A stretch of DNA of 54,483 nt. Origin: Paraglomus brasilianum. Taxonomy: Eukaryota. Positions 14,520 to 26,143 of this stretch are shown in pieces. Both the position numbers and the translations under genes were made by a program. The notes under the pieces were generated by a model, which was not told the origin of the DNA, did not search any database, and saw only the letters and a program-made list of their open reading frames with translations. The stretch lies in contig CAJVPI010000099.1 of NCBI GenBank assembly GCA_910592345.1, positions 1 to 54,483 of the forward strand, given 5' to 3'. The number at the start of each line of letters is the position of its first letter. Within the stretch, counting starts at the first letter, position 1.

Positions 14520-15540
14520 TATTAAATCAAAGAGTGGCATTATTCTTATTTTGTCCACCTGCGTTATCACAAGTAATCTTTAGATATTTTTCACCTGTAT
14601 TCAATCTCTTAATTCCATCGCATACCATGTCAGCGTACCATTCGGACCTTTGCCGATAATTTCGTCTTCATCGAGAACGTAATCAATTTGTTCGCGTTCT
14701 GCCTGTTCTGCCTGTTCTGCCTGTTCTGCCTGCTCTGCCTGTTCTGCCTGTTCTGCCTGTTCTGCCTGTTCTGCCTGTTCTGCCTGTTCTGCCTGTTCTG
14801 CCTGTTCTGCCTCGTCTTGAATACCAAATAAATGTACTTTACTATTACGTGGACTAAGATAATAAATTTTACTTACCTGTTGGTCGGAATGGGTACGTGA
14901 ACATTTTGTGCTCAATCGTAACTATAACGAGCAACTTCTTGTTATAAAATGCTCATCTACTAATTTTCAATTTCGTATTTTGTTGTAATAATTTCTCTCA
15001 AACTTGGCCTTAACTAGATATTTTTTCAGTAAATATTTTGCTTCTTCTTCCTTACGAGTATTGTAAGCTATTCCGAAACCGTTGACACGTATCACATAAA
15101 TCCGTTCTTGGACTCATGGTTTGAATGTAAGGCGTTAGTTGGTGTCATAACTTGCGGAATGCGTCATATGTGCTACTGTCTTCAAGACCAGCGATAAAAT
15201 CGCGATAGACCGATTTATAACTCGTTTCAGCTGGCAATACAGCAATAGTGTAAGCGTTTGAGTAATGCGATTGACATTTCTACCAGGACTTGGTAGTCCA
15301 TGAATTTCAGCATAATTTTCGAGAAAATTCTTCAATGGTTATATCAATGGTTATTTTGGTTTTCCATCGCGGCACTCGTTTGATATTACCATGAACACGC
15401 GGTATTATACCATTCGTCGCTAGGTCTTATTAGTGCGCGTCTTCTTTTTAAGACGTCGGCTGGCAGTTATTTCTCCATCATTCATTGCTTTCAACTGGGC
15501 CATTAAAAATATATCTAGAAAGAGCCTGAAACGCTTCAAA
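14520..15540 (-). mobile_element. Decayed Sola/DUF7869-like DDE transposase, copy 1
   Basis: Fragments FLENYAEIHGLPSPGR, PRTDLCDTC, YYLSPR.KVHLFGIQDE, IIGKGPNGT, ITCDNAGGQNKNN, with many frameshifts. Homologous to 53122-54294. Confidence 0.7.
14697..14812. repeat. 9-bp minisatellite (TTCTGCCTG) x ~12.9
   Basis: Directly visible, near perfect (one variant unit near 14733). Reads (AEQ)n on the minus strand. Confidence 0.97.
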
Positions 15541-15920
15541 ACAAAATTAAAATTAATTCACTTTATGAATCAGTTAAAAAGCCAATAAAATTTAAAAATC
15601 GTTTGTGTTTGGGATGAATATGAAGTACTACAACCACTTTAGGTCCTTAACTGCTGAAATATTACTAGATAAAACAAATTGATGATAATAATAACAAGCC
15701 ATATTCGTAGAAATTTACGAGGCAGGTGCGAATTTTGTTGAAATTAAATATTTCTACTAACTCCGCATTTTAGCAGATAAGCTTTTATTATTTATACGCC
15801 TTACAGGGATCATGCATAATAACTAATTCAGCACAAGTTTGTCCTTCACTAATTGCCATAAATGGTTAAACCCGTGTAATCGCATTGTTATGCACGTTTA
15901 TCCATTATATACAAAGCAGA

Positions 15921-18900
15921 TTAGCTTTTGGGTCCTGTCAACAAGAACCTATCAAGAAAGAAGCCAAAAGTGACTAGGTGATGCATATGACCCATATATA
16001 GATACTTTAGTCAGACAAATCATACCATTTGCTTCGACAATCCACGGCTTCTTTCCTAACCACACGCTTCTGGTCATCCAACGCTTCTGCCAGAACTCTA
16101 ATCACTTGAGTCTTGTATGGAAACAGTACATCAAACTTGATTGTATCTGGAAGAATACTCAAACATTTTAATGCCGATATTCGAACAGACTATGAGGCAA
16201 AACGGGTGAATTAGTCCATATAATCACTGACATATTTTTGTTCGACGATATTAAAACTCACCATTGTGTTATGCTCGGACTTTGAAGTGAGAGAGAGGAA
16301 CAGCTTGATAAGTGTAGATACATGCTCGACTATTATGTCTGGCGCATCAATGGCAATAATATAAAACGTGTCGAGTGTTGATGTACGAAGAGACGAATCG
16401 GGGAGAGAGAGTGAATGTATGAGTAGAGGTGTGATCTAGGATGAATTGTTGATAATAACGTTGTAAAAGTAAGCTGTGTGTCAGAAACTGGTTGCAATAA
16501 TTTGAGTATATACTCATGCATCACTAGTAATGAACTATTTTTAAACTTACTTGTGAAAGAAATCCAAGCGTCACTTCTTTTGGAACATTAATAAGTAATT
16601 GAGACAGAGCGATCAAGTAATGATGCTTCACTTCTACAATCAGAAATCCAGTAAGTGTCAATTCAACATGCAAATTAGCTTTGAACCACTTACCATCTGC
16701 AGAGGATTTGAATCCTTCCACTAGTTGGGGCAGGCAATGATTGAAGAATCTCTGTTTATATAACACCTACACATATAACAAGATAATATCGTGCTTTAAT
16801 ATAAATTGAGCTTAATTTAATTCTAACAATCAAATATTAAATTACATTAATGATAGCAAAATTCTGTTTGTTAAGTAAATCGTCATCGCCAATGATTATT
16901 CCAAATCCCTTAGATGCGTCCTCAGCCAATACATTGTCACTAAATTGTCGGATGACATGACCAGTGCAAGTGAATCCAGCAGTGTGGGCACGAATAACGA
17001 GCGCTTTTGTGAACTTTAAAAACGATACGGAATGAAATTAGTCTTTCGGTCACCAACTACGTGTGCATTGTTGGCATGATAGTCCCCGAATTGATAGTTC
17101 ATACCCAGAGAAAGAGAGAAAACGCAACGCATCGATTGCGCTCATTTTGATCCGACTCGGAGCTTCTTAGTAGCTCTCCCAGTATCTTTGATTCAATAAA
17201 TTTCTCCAATTCGTTATCTGTTTGACAAATCGAGTCGAATAAATAAGATTCCTGTTTAATAGTGTAGGTTATCAATAAACCTTCTTACCTTCACGAAGTT
17301 TGTTCAAAATAGAGGCTGCGAGCTTAGTCAGTGACCTCCTATGTATATCATTCTGAGTTGATATAGAAATGTCAACAACTGTGGAAAGGAAATCGGATAT
17401 ATTTGGTAACGGCAGTGTGACCTATAAATCCAATTTATTAGCTTAACAAATCATAATGACGGTGAGGATACACAATATTACGCGAGATTCCTATACCTGC
17501 TGGCGAATTGACCCAACAGCAACGGTAAACAATAAAGCGAGATTCTGTTGAGGTACATCAGAATTGACCTATTTAAGAGAGCCATAGTCAGTCGATGCCG
17601 CATCCAATTGAAATAGAATCAACGCACTCAACTTACTGAGATTGGAGCAAACACAATGTCTTTATTTATTTTGGTTCCTTCGCCGAATGGGAGCAACGAT
17701 ATGTTTCCTTGTATAAATACTTCAAACATCTTCTCAATGAATTCGGTTTGCGTACTATCAGACAAGCAGACCATTAGCCATTATGTTTTAAATGACGTGC
17801 GTACGGAACATCAAGTTTGTTAATATACCTAACATCCAATGTACGTATAATGATACCTATTATCCTTGATATCTGCTCAATAATTCTCAATTCACCAAAT
17901 ATTGCAATTGCTTTGATATTTTCCTTGTTGAGCGTAGGCTCAACACATCTTGTCAACAAGTGAATTATTATTCCATCAACGTAACCTTGTATGTCTGTGT
18001 GATGCAACTTTGCCTTTGCTATGAGAGTATCATACATCGCCCTAAGTAATGCCAAGGGATACTCGACATCCTCCGTGGAAGAAGCTGTAATGACATTCAA
18101 CAGTATGAAAACCGTTCGAGACAACTTCCGATTATGTTTATATTTCAAATTCTGCAAATTTAAATAGAATGCAAACTGACCAGCAATATAAACATCAAGA
18201 TTCTTCATGGCCTCAAGTGCAAATGCCCCAAATAATAATGGCTCGACTGCCAGTTGAGAGAGAGCTTTGAGAGCGTTAATGTACGACTTTTTAGTAGTTC
18301 CAAGAACTGTACTTTCAGCATCTTCATAGTCTGTGGGTAATTGCGAAAGAAATACTGGAATACTATACGTCAGCAGTAACTGAGCCTTATAGTGAGATAT
18401 GTTTGCCAACGATTTCAATGCTTCGGACCTACATAGCATCGTATAGTGAATATAAAACTGGAAGAGGGTAATAAATAGTCAAATGAGTGTAGAAAGCAAC
18501 AAGCATACATCATGTCTTCGTCCGGATCGTTTAAAATCGTCTGGTTGAGTTCCTGAATTATAACGCCAATTTCGTTATCTTCCAGAAAATTTTCAAGTAA
18601 AACCAGTTCGCGTAAGCCCTTGAGACCCACAAGACGGAATTCGTTGTACTCATTTGAGGAAAGAAATGATGTTCTGAAAATACGGAGATAGTCTTCTTTA
18701 AATTCCTTGAGGGGATTTTTAATATCTTGCTCTAACAAAATTGCGGCCGTTAATTATAGATACTATACTACATTATTATGAAAGTAATTCGAGTAGAAAC
18801 TTTGTACCGTTAAGTTCTCCTGGCTGATCAACAGAACCATAAAGAGCTTTGCTTGCTTCAATGTACTCCACCAATGCCTCTGCAATACCTTTCTTTTGTG

Positions 18901-20874
18901 TAGATAAATCACAAAGAGTAAATTGCTTTAAAAATCTCGGAACAGTCGATTCAATGATCATAGCGAATGCTGGATCTACAAAGAACGTATGAATAAACCC
19001 GTGTTAGCATCATATGATTATTACAAAAGCTTCTACTGCGAACAAACCAAACGTTAGTTACCGGAAGCCATAGCGCAATATTTAAGAATTCTTCCACTTG
19101 GCTTAGCCATCTTCAAGTCAGGTTCTTTGAGAAACTCCGTGCACTCAAACACGACTGGTGAAAGGAATTTCTCCAAGGGATTGGATTGATCAATAATTGA
19201 GGCTGAGAATGTGGACACGACACTTTTTAACGCTTCAAGTGCTTTATATTCAATGGCGTCATCAGTTGCATGAAATATCTACAATAGAATTAAAAGAACT
19301 GTTTAGAAATAAAGTTACATGTCTTACGGTTATATGGTGACAATGATACATACTTCAACTTTCAATCCCTCCCAGAGATCTTCTATGTACGGAGTCAACG
19401 ATTCAGTCCCATAAACGGGTGAGCCTTGAGCAATAACTCCAATGGCATCTCTCTGCAAAAATTCTCATCTAAGAAAATATGTTCATAGTGTACTTATCTC
19501 TTTTAACTAAAATCATTAATCAGAATTGGTCGTTTACCTTTGCGTTGCCAGACGTTGATGTGAGCTTTTCTAACAACAGGGGCATTATATGTTTACCAAA
19601 CAAAGGAGTACTAGTCAAGCATTCCCTATATAACAAGTATAAGTTTTGAGGATCAAACCATCATCGCCCGCCAACGGACTATAAAAAAGCGCATTTTTCA
19701 GTCACCCAAACTGTTAACCTTAATGCAGTTTTCAGATCATCAGCAGTAATACCATACGGATCATCGGGTGGTGGTTTGAACGTAATAGGGAAATAACAAA
19801 AAGTGACTTCAAACAGTTCCTTGATGTGAAAAGCTCGCTATAAGTAAAACTAATGCAACAAGCAGAACGACAGACATATTACGTATAATGTATCAAACCT
19901 CAACATGCTGTGAGATATCAAATTCACCTATAATCAATTTAACAAGTGAGAATGCCAATAACAGATTTCTCGGATCTTTTTCGCCATCCATAGTTTTAAT
20001 AAACCCTGATACAAACTCAGATTCTATTTGTTTCAAGGCTTTTGATGTTTCACGAGCGTTAGCAATTTCGTTACAGTTTGATACCAGCCAAAAGCAATGG
20101 CATATTAACGTACCTTTCATGTGTATCTTCAATATACCATCAAAGATTTGGTATACGTAATGCCTTATTGCTTGCGGGTAATCTTGTACATTTATTTTGA
20201 ATACACTGATACCCAATGAAACATTCATCAGTATGTTCCAGCATGTAAATAGATAAAGATAAAATGCGATCACCTACGCAAGTGATACGCTGACGGCATT
20301 GTCATTCGAGAAAGTGTCTAATTGTTGTAAAAATGCAAGGCCCCGTAACAATTCGGGCACGCTTGCAGTATCAGCTAGTCTTTCGCAATAAAAGTTGACA
20401 AGCACATTCACTGTTGACAAGTAATTAAATGAGATCTCCATCCGTAATATGCGATCCGAAATATAGTCTCACAACAAGACTTACTAGCAGCTCTATTCAC
20501 CTGTCCACTAGGACATCCGGTTAATATCGTTGTCAAGAGACTAGTTGCTGATTTTTATACAGTTAGTCGAGTCAAAATTAAAGATAAATCCAATTATAAA
20601 CTTGACAAACCTTTGGTTCTGGTGGAAGCATCTTCACTTGTAAGATATTCACCGAGATGTTGAACCAATGTTACCAGAGTTGACTGTCCATCACGAATTC
20701 CTAGTCAAAAATTTCGTATTCGCAAATAAATCCACAATATCCACTAATCTTGGTATTCAATCAAAAAATCGAATACAGATTCTTACTCTGGATTATAGAA
20801 TTAACAATTTCTTTGGTTTCATCCGTTGAATCTTCTGTAGTTATCATATACGTGCGGATCAGTCTTGCATCCAT
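15921..20874 (-). CDS. MMS19: MMS19/MET18 cytosolic Fe-S assembly targeting factor; many exons
   Basis: LVQHLGEYLT, MDGEKDPRNLLLAF, ELFEVTFCYFPITFKPPPDDPYGIT, LLLEKLTS, C-terminal LAEALDDQKRVVRKEAVDCR.KW. ATG at 20874, TAA at 15923-15921. Confidence 0.93.
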
Positions 20875-22173
20875 CGTTGTCAATAATTAGGCAAGAGTAA
20901 GTATCTAACAAAAATGATTTTTTGTTGATGCGATAATAATAACGCCACAATACGTCAGTATTAACATTATTATGAGATTTGCCGATTATCGTTATCTGTA
21001 GACAGTGCCACATAGATATTTCAGGGCCAACGCCACACACTCAAATTTACTAATTTTGAAACGAAAACTCTTTAAATTATGTGGTAACATGAATACGCCA
21101 CTTCAATTTTGGTACGTCACCTAATCAAACCGAGAAGTTGAAGATTAAACTTTAAGAGGAAAACGTTCCGCTTGTTAATAACCATATAAACAAGTCGGCG
21201 ATAATCATTATGATGAGAATGAATTAAATTATACAATCTTTGGGATAATTGGTTCCTACATAGTTGGTTTGCGTTGTATTTGAATTTCTCTTTTGATCGC
21301 TGCCAGAATGTGGTTGATTATTAAATCTTAGCTGATGCCAGACATTCGACTTTTAATTTATTATGCTTTCACCGAATTTGTTACGTAGTTTTGTTCATAT
21401 TGTCGTATTGGGTCCTAATTGAGGGGAGTGCTATTTAGGGTGTACTATTACGGTACATCACCCTCCCCAATAAATACCGTCTTTTCTACATGTAAGTAAG
21501 AACAACCTAAACTGGGCTTTAGCGAGTACCTCGTTGTGAATAAAGTTCCTCGCGATAGCTTTAACGATAACTCTTGCTATTATTTGACAGAACATTTTGT
21601 ATCCTGCAATCTAATGCAAGGTGCGGGTAAGAAGGTTTATCCGGCTGAACAAGTTAATAAACTTACGTACAAAATTATAGTGCGGGCATCCTGAATAATT
21701 TGAGTTAGAAAGTTCCTTATGTAATAGTAAGCAACACAGAAATCAGACCAATGGCCGAAAACTAGGATCAATCTTGGTACAAAGCATGATAAATGCTGTG
21801 GATGTAGATATTACGGTGACCTTTTTGGCAAATAGACAGTAGTAGGTTGTCAGGATCGACGATGGCGTGATTTCCGCTCACTTGGAAGTACTGCGCTCCA
21901 AAGCTGTAGGATTTAACAATATGGGAACTCTGTCAGTTTGGTGTTAATGTTGCGCTATACAAAGCACGTAAGTATTTCGGGGTGAAGTGTGTACTGTTAC
22001 ACTTTTGAAAAGATATTTTTACCACTGTGTAGAAGTGTGCCAAAAACCACACATATCTCTAATACTAATAAAACTCCGCCAATTTTTAAGCAATTCTTAT
22101 TAAATTATAGCTGTGAAACCCTCATATTAGGAGGTAACTTTGGACAAAATTCACGTGTGAATCAATTGACTGG

Positions 22174-22703
22174 TATGGTCCGGCGCAAAAAGTTGATACA
22201 CCAATATGCTTATACTAGAATTTTATTTTTTTTGAAATTCATCCACATGCTTAAATAAATGACTTACAAATTGGGTTTTGAGGAATGTATCAGTAGAAAT
22301 TTATTAAAACATGTACGCAGACAAAAGTCATCAATTTCTTCAACTTTGAGATCTTCACTGTCACTTTTGACCAATAATATATCATTGTTTAAATTTTCCT
22401 TGGCATTCTTCGCTCTGAACGCTCTGAGAATTTTTTATTTTTATTCAGCAACCACTCGTGCAATGGTTACCTCACCAATTCCAAGGACCGAAGCAACCTC
22501 CTTGCGTAGTGGCAAGTCTATACGTTGCGTCTGGCACTGTCGAGTATTTAAAAAGTATTGGTGAATGCGAATAATTATTCATTTTTCGTTACGGTTAAAA
22601 AACTTCACTCTCTATCTAGGTCTTCCAAGTTCTACATTTTTCTTACAATTATTTGATTTGTATGCTCACATGATTCGATTAGCAAATTTTGCGCCGGACC
22701 ATA
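22174..22703 (-). mobile_element. Internally deleted TIR element (Tc1/IS630-like) retaining an HTH fragment
   Basis: Perfect 17-bp inverted repeat TATGGTCCGGCGCAAAA (22174-22190 / 22687-22703). Internal minus-strand peptide LRKEVASVLGIGEVTIARVVAE is HTH-like. Confidence 0.7.
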
Positions 22704-22709
22704 TTTAGG

Positions 22710-23413
22710 TACAGTGAACCCTCTCTAATAGGGGTGTTAGGGTTTTAAAAAATGACGTCATATGTAATGATATTATAATGTCTCGAATTAAATCTTAAAC
22801 TTTATTTATAATAAAAATTTCTTTATTTTTTTCTCCATATAAACTAAACCAATTTGTTCACCTTTTATGAATTGTGGTTCGATGAAAAATTTGTTAACTT
22901 TTTTTGTTGCCTCGCCTCGTATATATATATATATATATTCGATTGAATGTGTCGCAACAGACTTTGCAATCTTGGCATGTCTTGCTCTTCTACGAATTTG
23001 GCGGGGTCTTGCTGTTCTACATGCTGCAGAAGTAATTTGCATTGTTCCAATGCCGTAGAATGAGATTTCAATGTCGCTGCCTTCATTACAACTATCAGAA
23101 TTAGACGTGTGGAGTATGTTTATACTTTAGTATGCTATTATAAAGAGACATTACGTAGTAAATACGTGATATTAATATTGTAGGTCGGAATTTTAAATTT
23201 TAAAATACTAATTTATATTAACGTTGATATCAGCGAGGTACATTTAATTAGGAATAAAATCTGATATGTGTTGATCGAGATATCAACGGGGTATGATATC
23301 CAAATTGATATATGCGGGAGAATTTAAATATGGGGAAATCCGTTCTGTAACCACTATTGCTAATAGAGAGAGGTTGATATTAACGGGGTGGATATTAGAG
23401 AGGGTTTACTGTA
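22710..23413 (-). mobile_element. pogo/Tigger-derived non-autonomous element (~700 bp), TA-flanked
   Basis: TIRs TACAGTGAACCCTCTCTAATA / TATTAGAGAGGGTTTACTGTA (1 mismatch). Subterminal GATAT(C/T)A(A/G)CG(G/A)GG repeats. Holds a transposase C-terminal fragment ending RQQKKLTNF and a (TA)n tract at ~22920-22937. Confidence 0.8.
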
Positions 23414-23844
23414 TTTAGTTTGTTTGTTTTTTTGTCGAAAATTATTTATTAGAAATCCCTGTGATTAACCATTTTGAAAACAGTAATAAACCATTAGTGG
23501 AAAGGGAGATGTTTTATTAACGTTTATGCAGCAACGGCTTTTTAAATTTCAACCACCATTTTGTTAAATGAAAATTTTGGATCCGATTCGGTTCTTTTAT
23601 TGTATGATTGTTTTAGGTCCTCCCACAACGTTTCGATAACTGGCGAGTAAATTTTGTTCGTCGCCAACAGTTTTGTTATGGGTTGTAATCTCATAGTTTA
23701 AATTAAGGCTTTCGTGTTATTAAGCTGATCATTGCAAATTTAAAATTATGATATTTAGCCAAAAGGAATTCGCTTGTGAACGTAAGCATTTTTGTAGAAT
23801 ATTATTGGTAGAAGCCAACAGATTTGTTTTATTACTTTAAACGA

Positions 23845-25438
23845 TACAGTCAACTCTCTCTACATGCACCATCTATAAATGCACATCCTCTATAAATGCA
23901 CGCCTTACTTTATTCCCAGGCTCGGGAATTAGAGATAAATGCACACCCTCCATAAATGCATTGCCATTTCCTCTCTAAATGCACGCATGTGATTTGTACT
24001 ATGTGTTATATCTGATGTCTAGGAGATGATTGGATACTCTAAATATAAATTTAATGTTGGACAAACGACAAAGAGGGCAATGTCGTCACGATTGGATAAA
24101 TTTAATATTGAGCTAACACAAATAGTGTTAGAGAGCTTACGCAAGCTGTTAATGATCTTAACTTGCCTGACAGTCTGCCGATTGATAAGTTTCTAAATTA
24201 TCCTGAAGAAGGAAGAACCTATGAAGTGCCTGACAATAATACGTTGATTGAAGAACTTATTGAAATATACAAACAACCATGTATTGATGATGCAAAAGTT
24301 TCGTTTTTGATATATCAGGAGTTCCGTTTTTGATAGACCCAGATTTAGGTTCTGCTTTTGATATATCCGCAGTAAAGTCACGTTTTTATTAATGCCCTGA
24401 GGTTTATCCGTTGCGTTATTGTTAGCTAATTATGACTATATTCAATCAATCCATGATGCCAGACATATAACCATAGTTCATTTATGATATCCCACGGTCC
24501 TCTTTCTTTTGCAAACCATCCCAAGTATGTTAGAAATACAGTAGTATTCGATTAACTGCATTGTATCATTGAAATGTAACCCAGTATATTTAATAATGAT
24601 TATTCATTAACTAGCAACATAATAAAGATATCGAAATCTATCGATTATTATATTAATATGAACAAAACCATTATTTTTTCGAAGCCGAGTATCCGAGTGT
24701 CATTAATACTTTTCTGCGAGCTTTTTCAATCTTCTCTGCAGAATATGGCAGTTTCTGCCAGATATGTGGATTTGAATTGCAGTCTCGATGAAGTCAAATT
24801 TAAACGAATTAATCTTCAATCGAACAGAGGAAAGACGCGTACGAAAACTATCACTATGCTGTATTATATAATCACTAATTCGTAATACGAGACACGATAA
24901 AGTCAAATTCTAAGAAATTTTACCGTCTTGTATAATGTCAAAATGAAATTAAGCAAAAAGATATTTTATTCGAACAGATGACTATCAAAAAATGCTGGGT
25001 ATCAGCGAAAACGTGACTTTACTGCGGATATATAAAAACGGAACCTAAATTTGGGGTACTTGCCGATCTATCAAAAACGGAACTCCTGATATATCAAAAA
25101 CAAAACTTTTGCATTGATGATGGTGACATTGATGATAGTGTTGAGCCACCGATAGTTAATGCCAAGCTGCAAATGGTTTAGAAACTGTTCGTTCATTTCT
25201 GCAGCAACAACAGGACCCTAAAGAATTGCTAAAACATGTGAGAGTGCTTGAGCGTTACATTAGTTTAAAGGCAGTGAGTGTAATGAAGCAAACAACGATA
25301 GATGAATTTTTGATAATATTAATTGAATAAACACACTAATACTAATATATCAAGTCACGTGCAACCAATAGAATTCTGACCCTCTGTAAATGCATCCCTC
25401 TCTAAATACACATTCCCAAGGGCGTGCATTTAGCTGTA
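23845..25438 (+). mobile_element. pogo/Tigger-derived element interrupted by a MULE
   Basis: Left end TA-CAGTCAACTCTCTCTACATGCAC with TAAATGCA subterminal repeats at both ends. Right end GTGCATTTAG-CTGTA appears to have a ~10-bp deletion in the TIR. Coding relic LNLPDSLPIDKFLNYPEE...DDSVEPP...KQTTIDEFL. Confidence 0.75.
24292..25112. mobile_element. Non-autonomous Mutator-like element (MULE), 821 bp
   Basis: ~95-105 bp imperfect TIRs starting GCAAAAGTT, flanked by an exact 9-bp TSD ATTGATGAT (24283-24291 and 25113-25121). Confidence 0.85.
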
Positions 25439-26143
25439 TATTGTTTCAACGATATTTATTGCGTTGTGATTGATTTTTATAAAATATTCGTTTGTCTGCG
25501 GATGAATACGTCATTAGATTAAGCCACTGATCAGCGTTGATCACACAGCATCTCCCATCGAAAAGAAAACAAGCGACAGGCCACAGCTGTGCTACTGAAG
25601 CAAAGCCTCACCAAAACGTCATCAGTTGAAATTAATTTATTTTCCAGCCACTATGGCGAATTTGATTAAAAACCAGTTTATTTGTATTAACACGCAAGGA
25701 AAAGCAGTAAAAGTTAATTGTTATACCAAAAATGTGACTGCTTAAAAATTAAAAAATGCAATTCAAAAAATCAGCCACAAAGAGTTGTGCACAAGTCACA
25801 GCCAAAACGTCATTAGTTAACTTTCAGCCACATCATAATTTAGCTCACATAGTCATTATCTGATTTTGCCCCACATAGTAGTAGGGTAATAGTAAGCAAT
25901 ATTGGCCATATCAAGTATGTAATGTTTGAAGAGGGCCAGTGTACGATTATGTAAGAGTAATGCATGTGGGAGATAAGGTCTCTACATAGGGTATTATGCA
26001 TATCAGTATATATATACATAATGTATATATTTTCTGTCACTTATAAGTTGACCGCAACACAGACACCTTTCTCTATGGTTGTTATAGCAATAGTAATAAA
26101 ATTGAATAATGAAAAGTTCTCCACCATTTACATTGGCAGGCAA

